Below the pieces are notes generated by a model, which saw only the letters and a list, made by a program, of their open reading frames with translations, did not search any database and was not told where the DNA came from. Below, in pieces: positions 25,372 through 39,324 of a stretch of 64,000 nucleotides of DNA. Within the stretch, counting starts at the first letter, position 1. Every line of letters starts with the position of its first letter. The stretch comes from Octopus sinensis (lineage: Eukaryota): contig NC_043011.1 of the NCBI RefSeq assembly GCF_006345805.1, forward strand, positions 16,504,464 through 16,568,463, given 5' to 3'. A program made the position numbers and the translations under genes.

Positions 25372-26910
25372 ATTGATCAAAATAAAAAATAAATAAAAAC
25401 ATGAGGCGAAGGATTCAGCGGTACATATGTTTCGGGCCTTTATTAGACAGATTCATAACAGATCATAATGTATGTCTGTGGCTTCTTCAGCCGCGCACAA
25501 CAGCTTCCACAAGGACATGTGTTACTTCCGAAATTCTTGGTTGGGGATGCAAATCTTCTCGTTCCCGTACGACATATGCGGCAGCAGCATCGAATTGAAT
25601 CGTCCAATCTCCTTCTTCTCTCAGTGTAGAATGAGAAAACTTGGATGTTGAGGTAATGTAAATAAATAAATACGTATATAGAGGTGAAGATGGAGGGGCG
25701 AGAGTTCGGGATGAGGGATAAAAATATAAAATAATATACAATAATATAAAAATGTAGAGGATAAAGATATAAAGAGTTGTAAGGAGATGTAAAGGGGGTA
25801 TAAAGAAATTAAAGAAATATAAATAAATGTAAAGGCATAATGTTGTAAAGTAAAAATAGAAATGGAAATAATAGTAAAAGAAGTAAAAGAAACCTGATAA
25901 AAACATGATAAAAGTGTAAAAGAATGTAAAGATAAGGGATGTATAGAGGTCGCGGACCCAGCATGGTGGTCAGGAGATGATAAAACCTAGTTGTAGAACT
26001 GTCAGTAAATTAACGGTTTCGTCGTAAATCAGAGCTGATGAGAGTTTAATCTGGTTCCTTGAATTAAATGGACTTCCAGTACATACATATCATCATGGTA
26101 CATACACCCACATACACCGCGTACATATACGTCTCCAAGGACTTGGAGACGTATATGTACGCGTGTATGTGGGTGTATGTACCCATGATGATATGTATTG
26201 TACTGGAAGTCCATTTAATTCAAGGAACCAGATTAAACTCTCATCAGCTCTGATTTACGACGAAACCGTTAATTTACTGACACCGTTCTACAACTAGGTT
26301 TTATCAATCTCCTGACCACCATGCTGGGTCCGCGACCTCTATACATCCCTTATCTTTACATTCTTTACACTTTTATCATGTTTTTATCAGGTTCTTTTAC
26401 TTCTTTTACTATTATTTCCATTTCTATTTTTACTTACAACATTATGCCTTTACATTTATTTATATTTCTTTATATTTCTTTATACCCCCTTTACATCTCC
26501 TTACAACTCTTTATATCTTTATCCTCTACATTTTATTTATTGTATATTATTTTATATTTTTATCCCTCATCCCGAACTCTCGCCCCTCCATCTTCACCTC
26601 TATATACGTATTTATTTATTTACATTACCTCAACATCCAAGTTTTCTCATTCTACACTGAGAGAAGAAGGAGATGGACGATTCAATTCGGCTGCTGCCGC
26701 ATTATGTCGTACGGGAACGAGAAGATTTGCATCCCCAACCAAGAATTTCGGAAGTAACACATGTCCTTGTGGAAGCTGTTGTGCGCGGCTGAAGAAGGCC
26801 ACAGACATACATTATGATCTGTTATGAATCTGTCTAATAAAGGCCCGAAACATATGTACCGCTGAATCCTTCGCCTCGCCTCATGTTTATTTTTATTTTA
26901 TTTGATCAAT
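25372..26910. repeat. About 1.54-kb near-perfect palindrome (2-nt spacer at 26140-26141) with a hammerhead motif near each outer end
   Basis: GTACATATACGTCTCCAAG-GA-CTTGGAGACGTATATGTAC at the centre. The arms match to their ends apart from scattered indels. Confidence 0.9.
26785..26862 (+). ncRNA. Type I hammerhead motif, GUA triplet (mirror copy at 25418-25494, minus strand)
   Basis: GCGG-CUGAAGA-A-GGCC...GGCC-C-GAAAC-AUAU-GUA-CCGC; palindromic stem III ACAUAUGU. Confidence 0.75.
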
Positions 26911-26913
26911 TTA

Positions 26914-26951
<38 letters not shown>

Positions 26952-27324
26952 AATATCTGAGTGAGGGATAAAATGTAAGGACCGCACATATGTGATGTGG
27001 TATTTTGCCTCTTCGCTGTGGAATAAGACCGGTGATGGATACCTTTCTATTCGTCCTTGTTTCGGGTCAAGTACGTAATGTTCATAAGCTACGAACATGT
27101 CCCAACATGCGTATTCATCACTCCCGAATGGGATCGGTGGTGAGTTTTCCCGCCTATCTATGACTTTTCAGATATTTTAACACCCTGCGTTATGAGGGAG
27201 TCGTCCCCAGGCGCTATTTGGCAGCGAACCAGCGAACAGATAAAGCACGTTCGTTGAGTAAGTGGAGTCGCTGTTTACAACACTAGTGCTTCTATTAATT
27301 CGGTATTGAACATGCGTATGTGCT

Positions 27325-27372
<48 letters not shown>

Positions 27373-27374
27373 GG

Positions 27375-27550
27375 GAGAGTTTACGAAAAAAACAAAAGAC
27401 GAAGACAGGTGGTGTACAAAACAAACAGATGTATTAGTATAACGCTCAGGAATACTAAAAGGCTTTTACGTTTCGAACCTACGCTCTTCTACAGAAAGGG
27501 ACACAGAAAAAACAAGGAGAGAAAAAGTGTATGTAGTGGCTAACGATCTA
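27375..27550 (-). mobile_element. Repeat family H1 copy with variant hammerhead at 27463-27498
   Basis: Minus strand CUUU-CUGUAGA-A-GAGC-GUAG-GUUC-GAAAC-GUA-AAAG; ends in (TA)n. Confidence 0.85.
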
Positions 27551-27625
27551 TATATATATTCATAGATACATATGGAGAAGATGGGTAGATAGATAAATAG
27601 TCAGTGGGTGAAAAAGAGAGAAATG

Positions 27626-27665
<40 letters not shown>

Positions 27666-27988
27666 GAGTGAAAGAGACAAGTTTAAATGAAATCACACGT
27701 ATATTTTAACTTAGGCAATTTGGCGAAATATATATTTTTTATATTCTTAGCTCATTATATATTTATCAATTTTTCTCCACAAATTTCTCTAACTGCATCT
27801 TTACTTTGACTCTGTGTGTATGCATTTGTGTTTGTGGATGTGTGCGAGTTTGTTCATATATGCATATTTGCGTGCGCATGAGCAACGGTCGTGCTTGACT
27901 GATCGTGTTTATATGAAAATTTCTTTTTCATTCTCGTGCATTTTGTAGCGAGTTTGTAGGCTCGTGCGCGAATGTATATGCATGTGAA

Positions 27989-28215
27989 GGCGGCGAGCTG
28001 GCAGAAACGTTAGCACGCCGGGCGAAATGCGTAGCGGTATTTCGTCTGCCGTTACGTGCTGAGTTCAAATTCCGCTGAGGTCGACTTTGCCTTTCATCCT
28101 TTCGGGGTCGATAAATTAAGTACCAATTACGTACTGGGGTCGATATAATCAACTTAATCCGTTTGTCTGTCCTTGTTTGTTCCCTCTGTGTTTAGCCCCT
28201 TTTGGACAATAAGAA
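27989..28215 (+). mobile_element. Full-length SINE family A
   Basis: Matches the 6511 copy. Confidence 0.9.
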
Positions 28216-31130
28216 TGTATATTCATGTGTACTATGGAAGGAAGATAGAAAGACAAACAGAGAAAGCAGATACAGGAACAGAGAAAGAGAGAGGGGGGAA
28301 TAGAGAGAAGTATGCATTTAGTAATAATTAGTGGTTTCCAGATTTTGAAATATCATCTTGTACTGACAATTTCCAATGAGGACAATGTTGCGAACTGCAG
28401 CCACGTAATATAAACTGCCGTACTCGATTGGCTTTTCAATTAAAGAAAATGACAGGCTAGTTGCTTCTGTTGTCAAATGGTATCAAATGCTTTAAGAGTG
28501 CTGCTGTAGGAACGAAAATGATTTACTCTCTAATTGAGACTAATTTTAGTTATTTCGTACGTTTCAACTTTAAATCATCAGTAATACGAAATCTGAGGGT
28601 ATAATTTTCAGAAACTACTAAAGAACTGTGTATCTTCCTCGCAGTGCCATGGAAAATTACAGAGCCTATTTTTACGTTCTGATTTCAAAACCTTCAGAAA
28701 CCAGCTCGGCTATCCATCTTGTCGCTGTCGGTAATATAATGTACCAGACAGGTACAGGGCTCAGTATATTTGATAGTTCTTATCATCGTATTTAAGGTAT
28801 AGTGCTTATGTTAGAAGCATTAATTTTGATGCTTCGTTCTTATTACCATGTTAGATTTGAAATCAAATTTCACTGCTGTTAATAATTTTGGTAATTCCGA
28901 AATATAAGAAATAAATCCCAGCCAATGACTGAGATAAATATATTCATTTCTACCCGAACCTTCAGAATTTGACCCGTGGAATAGTGTCACCGGACATTAT
29001 TTTAAGGTAAGTGCAAACGCTGAATTTGCGAACAAAATTATATGTACCACTTAATTTCGTCCCTTATCACTGTGAGTTTAAATGAGTTCGAAACTGACTT
29101 TACGTTTCATCATTCTCTATTAAAACAAGACGGAGGACGATGTAACCAACATCACATTCCTTTCGCAATTTGGCACCTCTCTATATTAGGCAACTGTGTT
29201 TTATATGATGAATAAACTTTGTTTTTCAAATGTAGCCACTTTATTTTACTTACGTTCCTATTAATTTATAGATTACTAGGAACGTCTAACATGGATGCTT
29301 TCATAGTTTGCGTAAGCATATCTTGATGTAAATAACAAGAAGAGACTTCTAGCAATGTTTGTAATTGGCTGAAACAATTTAAAAACGAACCAAAACATAT
29401 TACCATACATATTTTTCGACACATTCTGTCTCGATTCCAAAAACAACTGGAGGTAGTCTTTGTTTTGTTTCTTTGTTTGAGAACAATAAAATAAACGGTA
29501 CCATACTAGTGACGATTTGGACGAATCCAGCTAAGATCTTCACGAGATATAGATGCACCTAAGAAATAAATCATCATCATAAAATCTATTTCACATAACA
29601 GCGTTTATTAATTAAGTTGTTTTTGTTAGTCCCTTATTTATGTTTCCCTTCTCAACCCAATTTTAAGATATCGTACATGTAGTAAGTTCTAATTCATTTC
29701 TTCTTTAATAAGTCGAAAGCAATGTTTGTCTAAGGAAATAGCAATGAATCCAAAGCAAATGTCTACGATACGTGGCCAAAATAATTACGATAACATTACA
29801 CGTTGATTAGCATTATTATTTTTCTTTCGACGCCTAGTTAATCATTTCATAGTTAGTTTCTGCTATGAATATGACGGTGCTAAAATTTAGTTGCCATATA
29901 CAGCACTTGGAAAACAGCCAAGGGATGAGTTCTCATTTGTGATTTCCTGCACGTTGAATGTTATTCAAAAGTTTGAATGACCTGTCAGTTATAGTAATTC
30001 ATTTCTTTCCTCTACATGAAAGCCCAAATCAAACGAAGTTATTCTGTTGTGAGCAGACCTCAGTCAATCGAGTATAGTTACATAAGTGTTATTTGATAAT
30101 ACTTCACAAGGTACAAACTGTTAGTAATAACAGCCGAATCTACAAGTTAAACTTTTCCGTGTTCACACAAATGTATTTTTATATGTTTTCATTCAAAGCA
30201 CGCTTCGACATCTTCGACAATACAGTAGATAATATGCTCTGAGATCTCTGCACAAAAGGCAGAAAAAAATGAAAGACCTCTGCAGTATAGCATTTGACGA
30301 TAGGCTCGCTCCATCAGAGCTAATCGGGTGGTCTATGACAAAAACAGCTACGTGTTAAATTAGGAATAACACTTTGGATGATATAGCTTCAGATGTGATG
30401 CAATTCAACTGAATAAATGACAGAATGCCATATCTGGAATTCTTTGTATAATGGCTCTGCATAATAAGGGTTTATCTGAGACATTAATTACAGAAAACGG
30501 AGCTGACACATACACTACAAAGTAGACACATATGAACAAAACAGAATTAATTCATTCCATCACAGTTTACCAGGAGCTATAATAGCAAATGTCAAACTAA
30601 CAACAATCGCAGCAGCAACTAATTCTTCAGCCGAAATTGTCATTTTGCCTAACTAAAAATATATTATCTTTAAATATTTACAAGCTAAGCTTAATCTGCA
30701 GTAAAATCTAAGCACAACTGAAAGACAGATGTGCAGTGATCATTAAATCTTTGATAATATGAAGAGACTGATAAAGTAAATCATGAAATATGCATGATAG
30801 AGATTTTTAAAAATCACATTTTCCTTATTCATCAAAGTGATGAAAAGTTTTATTTTATTTTCGAAACAAATACATGGCTTAGAAATGTCAATATCATGTT
30901 TGCTTGAATGCAATGAATATTGTACTATCTATATCTACCACTGCTAACGTGTTGTTTCTTGCTGGCATCTTTGAAAACAATACAAAAACATGCACAAAGA
31001 AGAATTATATTAGATAATTATTCATCTATTTTTTATTAAATTCTTCATTGAATTACAAACATTGAATATATAAGAGTATGCGTGCGTGCGTGTGTGTGTT
31101 TGTGCGTGTTTGAGATTATTAGTATGCTCG

Positions 31131-31185
<55 letters not shown>

Positions 31186-31929
31186 TTGTGAATGATAGCC
31201 TATTTGCATGTGTACATTCGTATGCTTTTGCAATTGTAGGGTTGTAATTCTTCTATTTATTCTATTCAGACTGTACTTTGGTTCAAAACCTGTTTGCGGT
31301 ATGTGTACTGCTTCAGTAAACTGATGGTGTATCGGATTTTCTGTTTGTAATGAAAAAAAAAACTTTTGCTTCAACATTCTATTAGTGTATTACATTAGTG
31401 GTGTATTGTTATCATTGATTTTCATTTGCCAAACTTAGCAAATTCTTGGATAATTTCAAAAAGAAATGAAAGAAACTGGGTAAGATGTGTTAATCTAGGG
31501 CGTGTTGTTCATCGAAACCACACCCCGATGTAAGAAAATCCACGAATTTAATAAATTCCCCAAAAGAAAGTTAAACGCAAAGACACAGCAAAGGGAGTAA
31601 AAGCTCATAAGTCAATATTATGTATGTCATATCTATTATAACCGATGTGTTGACACCAACGTCATTGTGCTACTCAAGTATCGAATAAGGCCAATAGCGA
31701 ACGAGCCTTTGTACATTATTTGTCTTGTATATTAATTATTTGCTACAGATTCAAGTGAAATTGCTTATAAAAGTATTTCCAATCAATTAATTTGGATATT
31801 CTTGTTTGAGAGAGTTCGATCTTGGCAAAGTCACTCAGTATATAGTATACTAGGCCAGCGGTGTATATCACAATTGTTTCAAATCCTTGGCAAACTAACC
31901 AAAAGTTCACAATACAAGTTTTCTTTTAG

Positions 31930-32250
31930 GCGGTAGGGGCAAGTCGATTGCTTCTATCCCAGTACTTCACTGGTACTTATTTTATCGACTCTGAAATACG
32001 AAAGGAAGAATGGACCTAGGCGGAATTTGAACTCAGAAGGTAATGTGGTGAGAGAAATGCCGTTAAGTATTTTCTGCAATGTGTTACCGATTCTGCCAGT
32101 TTGCCGCCAATGCGGTGTATAAATGACGGTCTCAAATTCTGAAACAATGCCAGCAATTTTAGGGGCAGTGTCTAGTCGATTACATCGACCACAGTGCACA
32201 GGTGGTATTTAATTTATCGACATTTATCGAAAAGACCTCGGTAGAACAAT
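31930..32250 (-). mobile_element. Diverged SINE family A fragments
   Basis: GGCGGAATTTGAACTCAGAA and TTACATCGACC..AGTGC..GGTA blocks. Confidence 0.65.
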
Positions 32251-32419
32251 CGGCGTATAAGTAATGACGTCGGATATGTTTGACTTAATTAAACGTATCT
32301 ACATTTATCAATATAAAAGTACTGAAATTATCAAAATAAAGTATTCCCTCAAAATACTACGTATTGAACCAGTATTTCCTTGAATGAATCCATCAATTTA
32401 TGAGGTCAACACAACCACT

Positions 32420-32580
32420 AATCGAAGGGAAAGTTTACGAAAACCACAAAAGACGAAGACAGGTGGTGTACAAAACAAACAGATGTATTAGTACAACGCT
32501 CAGGAATAGAAAAAGTCTTTTACGTTTCGCACCTACGCTCTTCTACAGAAAGGGACACAGAAAAAACAAGGAGAGAAAAA
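32420..32580 (-). mobile_element. Repeat family H1 copy (hammerhead-like motif at 32517-32552)
   Basis: Near-identical to 27375-27550. Confidence 0.85.
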
Positions 32581-33939
32581 AGGAGAGAAAAAATAGATAT
32601 TGTGTATAAATGTAAATATATGTGTCTGCGTGTATGCATGCGTTTGTGTACGTTTGTGTGAAGCATATATTATCCATACTCAATTTCATAGTGAAAAATA
32701 AAGAAACAACTCTAGCTCGAAATCTACATTGCGTATACATATATCACATGGAGCAATCTATTGTGATAGTTATATGATGGTAGATGAGCATTGTCAGTGT
32801 TTAACACTATTGAATAGTGGCAATATCGGAATGCTTTCGATGTAAAAAACAAAAAACAAAATCAAAAACATGAAATAAAGAGGCTGAAAATTATCAAATA
32901 CAAATGCATTCCGATAAGTTATAATATCATTACGTAGATTTTGTAATATGAACATAAAATAGAAGCAAGGGTGTTTATAAAATACTCGGATTACCAGGAA
33001 CAAGAACAGTTTACCGAGGAATACAAATTACATTATAACAGGATGCATTTCTAGGACCTCGGGGGTGGAAACTGATATCTTGTCATATACTGTGTAGCAG
33101 GGAGAGTTGTTCATTGTATCTGCTTACCAATTATTGCTGGAGAACGTTTATATTACATATTATATATTGGTTAAAGCTTGAATGGATGTTGTTCTTAGTT
33201 AAGTCCAATTTATGTGTCATAATAGTGTGTACTTAAATATGTTCTCATATTTCAATGCAGCTTCGCTATGATTTCCTATAGGATCCGATTATTCTAAAGT
33301 TAGTTAATAACGTAAATAATTCACGAGAATACAATTGATATACTACACACACACACACACACACACACACATTTATAGGTGTATATATATATATAAATAT
33401 GTGTGTATGTGTGTATGAGTGTATATGTATTTATGTATATATCTATATATATATATGTATGTATATATACATACACACACGCACACACACACACACACAC
33501 ACACACCACACACACACACATATATATATATATATGATAGCCAAGTTATTATTGGCTATTTGTTAAAATAGGTAAATGTGCTTAAGGGGTTAGAAAATTA
33601 AAAATTAGTTCAATTTCCTCGGGAAATATTTTGTTTCACTAAAATGTATAGGACACATGAGTGATCATTTCTTGGTCATTTATATCATGAATATTAGTTT
33701 GTAATTTGTCAAAGAATCATGCTAAACGCGTATAAAGGGTCGGGTATTTCAACGGGAATGATAAACCAAATCTATCGAGAAAGAAAAGAGAGAATTATTA
33801 ACATCAGCCACGCGTCTCGTTTCCTCTAATAATCAAAAATATTTCAACAGTGGAAACCCCGAAGGATATTGGCTGATATAATCAGTTCACTTCGAAAGAA
33901 AAAATATATGAATGAATTATTTTAATTTGAATGCTAGGT

Positions 33940-34114
33940 GCAAGTGTGACTGTATGGTAAGATGTTCGCTTCTCAACTACGTGGGTTCAGTCCCTCTGCG
34001 AGGTACCTTCAACATGCTCTATGATAGCTCCGGGTGAACCAAAAACTTGTGAGTGGATTTGATAGACGGAGGCTGAAAGAAGCCTATCATTTGCATATAG
34101 GCACGCGTGTGTGT

Positions 34115-34145
<31 letters not shown>

Positions 34146-34320
34146 AGTGTGTGTGTTTCTGTTTGGCAACCATCAACTATTGTCGGCTGGAGTTTGATAG
34201 CAGTTTGGATGAAAACACGGACAAGATAAGTACGAGGATCTAAAAGTACAGTCATTGTGCAGCAGCCATGCGGTGACCCATGATGGCTCCTGCCAAATGA
34301 CTGAAACGAGTACAAGGTAT
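33940..34320 (+). mobile_element. Diverged SINE family B
   Basis: TGACTGTATGGTAAG...GTGAGTGGATTTGATAGACGG...CAAATGACTGAAAC. Confidence 0.75.
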
Positions 34321-34720
34321 GATATAAGAACGGGCGTAGTTAAACCTGACATGAACAATGAAAGTTTAGCAATTTAATTAGCAGATGCGTAAATACCACG
34401 CCTTAAAGATTCCTGTACCACCATGTCCACGAGAAGTGCTAACATCTACCTATTCCCTATATCTCGTTAATGATCTTTGTTGGTGAGATTCTACGGCCAT
34501 TAACTCTGCGTAATGAGAAATGCGATCATAAAATCACGAATACTCTCGTAGATCAAAATACGGAAAGTTTTGTTGATATTATTTAATGAGATTTAAAATA
34601 AGGCTGATATGTAAGTGTTGTCACAACTAATACCAATGTTAGGCACTTAAAGGATTTAATACACTTAGCACTCGTATATATAGAAAGAATCGCATTAATC
34701 AATCAGTGTGTGCGTATGTG
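34275..34720 (+). repeat. Local duplication unit, also at about 37770-37945 (partial) and 37955-38430
   Basis: Shared GCGTAAATACCACGCCTTAAAGATTCCTGTACCA and GAGAAATGCGATCATAAAATCA blocks. Confidence 0.9.
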
Positions 34721-34726
34721 TGTATG

Positions 34727-34758
<32 letters not shown>

Positions 34759-35086
34759 GTTTGTATAAAATAGAATATCGTATAATATAAATATAAATGC
34801 TTATAAATATGCATGTATTCATACACGTACGTTTAGACATATGTACTTGAGCTTTTCGGTTGTAAGTTGCGAATAGCCACGTTAATGATATATATATATA
34901 TATCAATTTGAAAACTTCACCAGAATGGACGAAAGCACTAATATATATGATATATGATATAAGTTATATTATGTATAAAAACATGTAACATACAAATAGA
35001 TAGCTGTAAATATAAAACCATCCGCATTTCTGAGTACCTCATTTCTTCTAATATAAAATACCTGTACATCATCTCCAAGCCTTCTA

Positions 35087-35166
<80 letters not shown>

Positions 35167-35190
35167 GAGCGAAAAACACAGAAAGAAGGA

Positions 35191-35243
<53 letters not shown>

Positions 35244-35360
35244 CAATTAAGGACAACTACTTAATAAGGAAAACTTAAGAAGAAATTGTCAGGTAGATAG
35301 CGTAAAAACCTCATAAGAGAAAAAAATTTCGAACATAATTATTTCTTATTGAACATATTA

Positions 35361-35524
35361 ATTTATATATAGAGGGCATTATACATACATGCCAGAAGGC
35401 ATTATACATACATGCCAAACGCTAAGAGGGACAATCAGTCATTTCTGGTAGAAATGACTGATTGTCCCTCTTAGCGTTTGGCATGTATGTATAATGCCTT
35501 CTGGCATGTATGTATAATGCCCTC

Positions 35525-35535
<11 letters not shown>
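35361..35535. repeat. Perfect 86-bp-arm palindrome with 3-nt loop (GGT, 35447-35449)
   Basis: The arms are exact reverse complements, and each has an internal tandem copy of GGCATTATACATACATGCCA. Confidence 0.95.
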
Positions 35536-35558
<23 letters not shown>

Positions 35559-35982
35559 AAGTAATGGGATTTAATTCACAGATCATCTGAACAATTAGGT
35601 ACTCTAGCTAAGTGCTGTAACGGATTACTTACTAGGGCTCCAACGTTATAGCCGAGACGATAGTTATTGAGCCATTTCAAATTTTCGATGCACCGGATAT
35701 ATAATTGCTAAAGAGGTCAACGAACGCTAAGCCAAAGCAAGTATCTCAAATAATATACATTATTATTATTGGAAAATAATTCAAAATCTCACAGCTGTTT
35801 CTAGGATATCCCTGAGTATGGGGTATTTTGTCATCAAAAGACAAATAGGGAAATTAGGGAAAATGATGACGGAATATCCCATACGCGGGGATATTCCACA
35901 AAAAACTATAAGCCTTTGAATTTTCTCCTATGATAATAATGTATATATTTGCCTTGCCTTAACGTTTTTTGTCCTCTTTAAA

Positions 35983-36016
<34 letters not shown>

Positions 36017-37033
36017 TTATATACATACATGCATATATATATATACATGTATATATATATATATAATCACACACATATATACATACGTATATATATATAT
36101 ACGTACATATATATGCATACAAATATACGTACTTATATATACAAATGTAAATAAGGTAAATAGTGAATATAATTCCTCGTCTCTTAAATATAGATTGTAT
36201 ATACAACTAATTGTAGGGTGTAAGTTCTCATCATATACGACACTAAAATTAATTTCCCATATTCAGGTTCAAGTGCAGCAACTATAAACGCTAATTTCGA
36301 AAATACTTAAATGCACAGGTGACCCTGTGTACGCATGATACACTGAGGTTTAATCTATTATTAGATTCCATCAGTTTCCATAGAGCACAGCTCGCACCCG
36401 TATCGACTATTCCTATAAGGCTGCGCTTTCCTTATAATATCCCATTTAAGGCTACATTCGATTCCGCTTTCCTTCAGTTCCCAAATTTTGCTTGATAAGG
36501 ACGTATACTTGGTCTTATGTTTGAGCCTAATAGATGAAAAATGTTTATTAATACGTTTTTTTTAAAAATATTTATTGAATATCCTATATATACAAATTTA
36601 CCAGCTAGTTTTGATTGTACACTTATAGATTACATTTCCAGAAGTGTAGTATACATTTGTGTGCATTAGTAGCAACATTGAGTTACCCATCTTCTTTCTC
36701 TATTAGAGAATTTAAGTAAAATCATATTAATGTGTCCAACTGATTAAAAGATTCTATTTATTTATGCAGCTGAGGATAGCCGTGCATTTAAACTGATGTA
36801 ATGATTGCATTATTTTATTAAATGAAGCAACTTGAAACGGTCGTACTGCACTGCATCACTTCTTGATACCCTGTTGCTTATTTTGATTTTATTCACCTTA
36901 CTTAGAATTGTACGGATAATACAGCACTGACTTGGTGCTTCAATTTAAGTACCTAATTCAACTGAATATATGTATGTATGTATGTATGTATGTATATATA
37001 TATGTATGTATATGTATATATATGTATACACAC

Positions 37034-37100
<67 letters not shown>

Positions 37101-37457
37101 GTATATATATATATGTATATATATATATGTATATTATATATGTATATATATATATATATATACAATTGTTTGTTGTTTTCCACCTGCCTTCATCTTTTGT
37201 CTATTTTCATAAAGCTTCCCGTTATATATATATTATATATATATATATACACAAAAAACATATATCTTTTATTTGTTTCAGTCATTCGACTGCGGCCTAG
37301 GAAATTATTGTTGTAAGCCTAGTACTCATTCTATTAGTATATTTCGCGGAACTGCTAGGTTACACGGACGTAAGCACACTACCATCGGTTGTTAAACGAT
37401 GGTGGGTGTCAAACGCAGACACACAAATACATACATGAAGAAGAAGAAGAAGAAGAA

Positions 37458-37489
<32 letters not shown>

Positions 37490-38436
37490 AAAAGAAGAGG
37501 GAGTAGGAAAAGAAGAGAAAAATAATAAAAAGACGGAAGTAGTATGGCAGTAGTAGGATGTTGGTGAAATACTCTTAAATGGTCAAGTGATATAAAAGTG
37601 ACATGTAGCAGTGATTGGAATGGTTCTGAACAAATTCTTGGGTTTATACATATGTATACACACACATACGCACACACTAACATATACACATATAGATATG
37701 CGCACATACACACACTTACACACACTCACTGGTACACGTTCACATGCATATTTATATTTTATGTATGAGCGCGTGTGATGCCCCAGCATGGCTCCTGCCA
37801 AATGACTGAAACAAGTACAAGGTATGATATAAGAACGGACGTAGTTAGACCTGTCATAATTAATGAAAGTTTAGCAATATAATTAACAAATGCGTAAATA
37901 CCACGCCTTAAAGATTCCTGTACCATCATCTCCATACCTATTTATATTATTTATGAGCGTGTGTGATGCCCCAGCATGGTTCCTGCCCAATGACTGAAAC
38001 AAGTACAAGGAATGGTATAAGGACGAGACATAGTTAAACCTGACACAAACAATGAAAGTTTAGCAATTTCATTAGCAGATGCGTAAATACCACGCCTTAA
38101 AGATTCCTGTACCACCATGGCCATGATAAGTGCTAACATCTACCTATTCCCTATATCTCGTTAATGATCTTTGTTGGTGGGATTCTACAGCCATTAACTC
38201 TGAGTAATGAGAAATGCGATCATAAAATCATGAATTATCTCGTAGATCAAAATACGGAAAGTTACGTTGATATTGTTTAATGAGATTTGAAATAAGGCTG
38301 TTATGTTAAATGTAAGTGTTGTCACAACTAATACCAGTGCTAGCACTTTAATTATTTAATATTCTTAGCTCTAATACTTGTAGACAGAGGTGCATAAATC
38401 AATCGGTGTTTCCGCACGTGTGTATGTGTATGTATG

Positions 38437-38493
<57 letters not shown>

Positions 38494-38923
38494 TTCGTTT
38501 CCTCTCTCTTCCTTTCTCTAATACATTTTATCTCCCTTCTCCCCATTTCGTTTTTCTCCCTCATCCTTTCCCTAACTCTTTTCCTCTCCCATTCACCCTC
38601 CTCTATCTATCCTTTTCTCTCTTTCTCACTTTCCTCCTTTCCTCTTCCGTGGCACACACGTGAACACCGGCCATCTTTCTTTTCCTAACTTCAGCTTCTT
38701 TCTTCCCTTTTCATCTGCCACACAGATCACACGCTTTCTTGTAATTATCTTCTGCTATATTTTCTCCTGTTAAAGCTTGTTCCTTCAGCATTAACCACTT
38801 CACCTCTTTATGGATTAGCAGCCTTTACTGTTTGTTTTCACTGTCCCGTTTTTGTTACCAAATTATATATACATATATATAATATTATATACATATATAT
38901 ATTATATATACATATATATAATA

Positions 38924-39144
38924 TATTTCTTTACTACCCACAAGGGGCCAAACACAGAGGATACAAACAAGGACAGACAAACGGATTAAGTCGTTTACAT
39001 CGACCCCAGTGCGTAACTGGTACTTAATTTATCGACCCCGGAAGGATGAAAGGCAAAGTTGACCTCGGCGGAATTTGAACACGGAACGTAACGGCAAACG
39101 AAATACAGCAACGCATTTCGCCCGGCGTGCTAACGTTTCTGCCA
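38924..39144 (-). mobile_element. SINE family A
   Basis: Tail, core and most of the head are present. Confidence 0.9.
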
Positions 39145-39324
39145 TATATAATATGTGATCGCGTGTGTATCGTTGGCGATTTTCTTTCTCCGTCTTCCCT
39201 TCTTTGGACTGCTCCGCTCGAAACGTGAAATCCTCTTTCATGGGCGTCCAATAACACTGCACTTTTTCCACGTCCTCTCGTTGTTATTTCTTTCTTGCTT
39301 GTTCATGTTTGGATCAACTATATA

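Noticed and set aside
26321-26827. 168-aa ORF and its mirror at 25487-25906
   Set aside because: Low-complexity product of a pyrimidine-skewed strand; the frame is not conserved between the arms.
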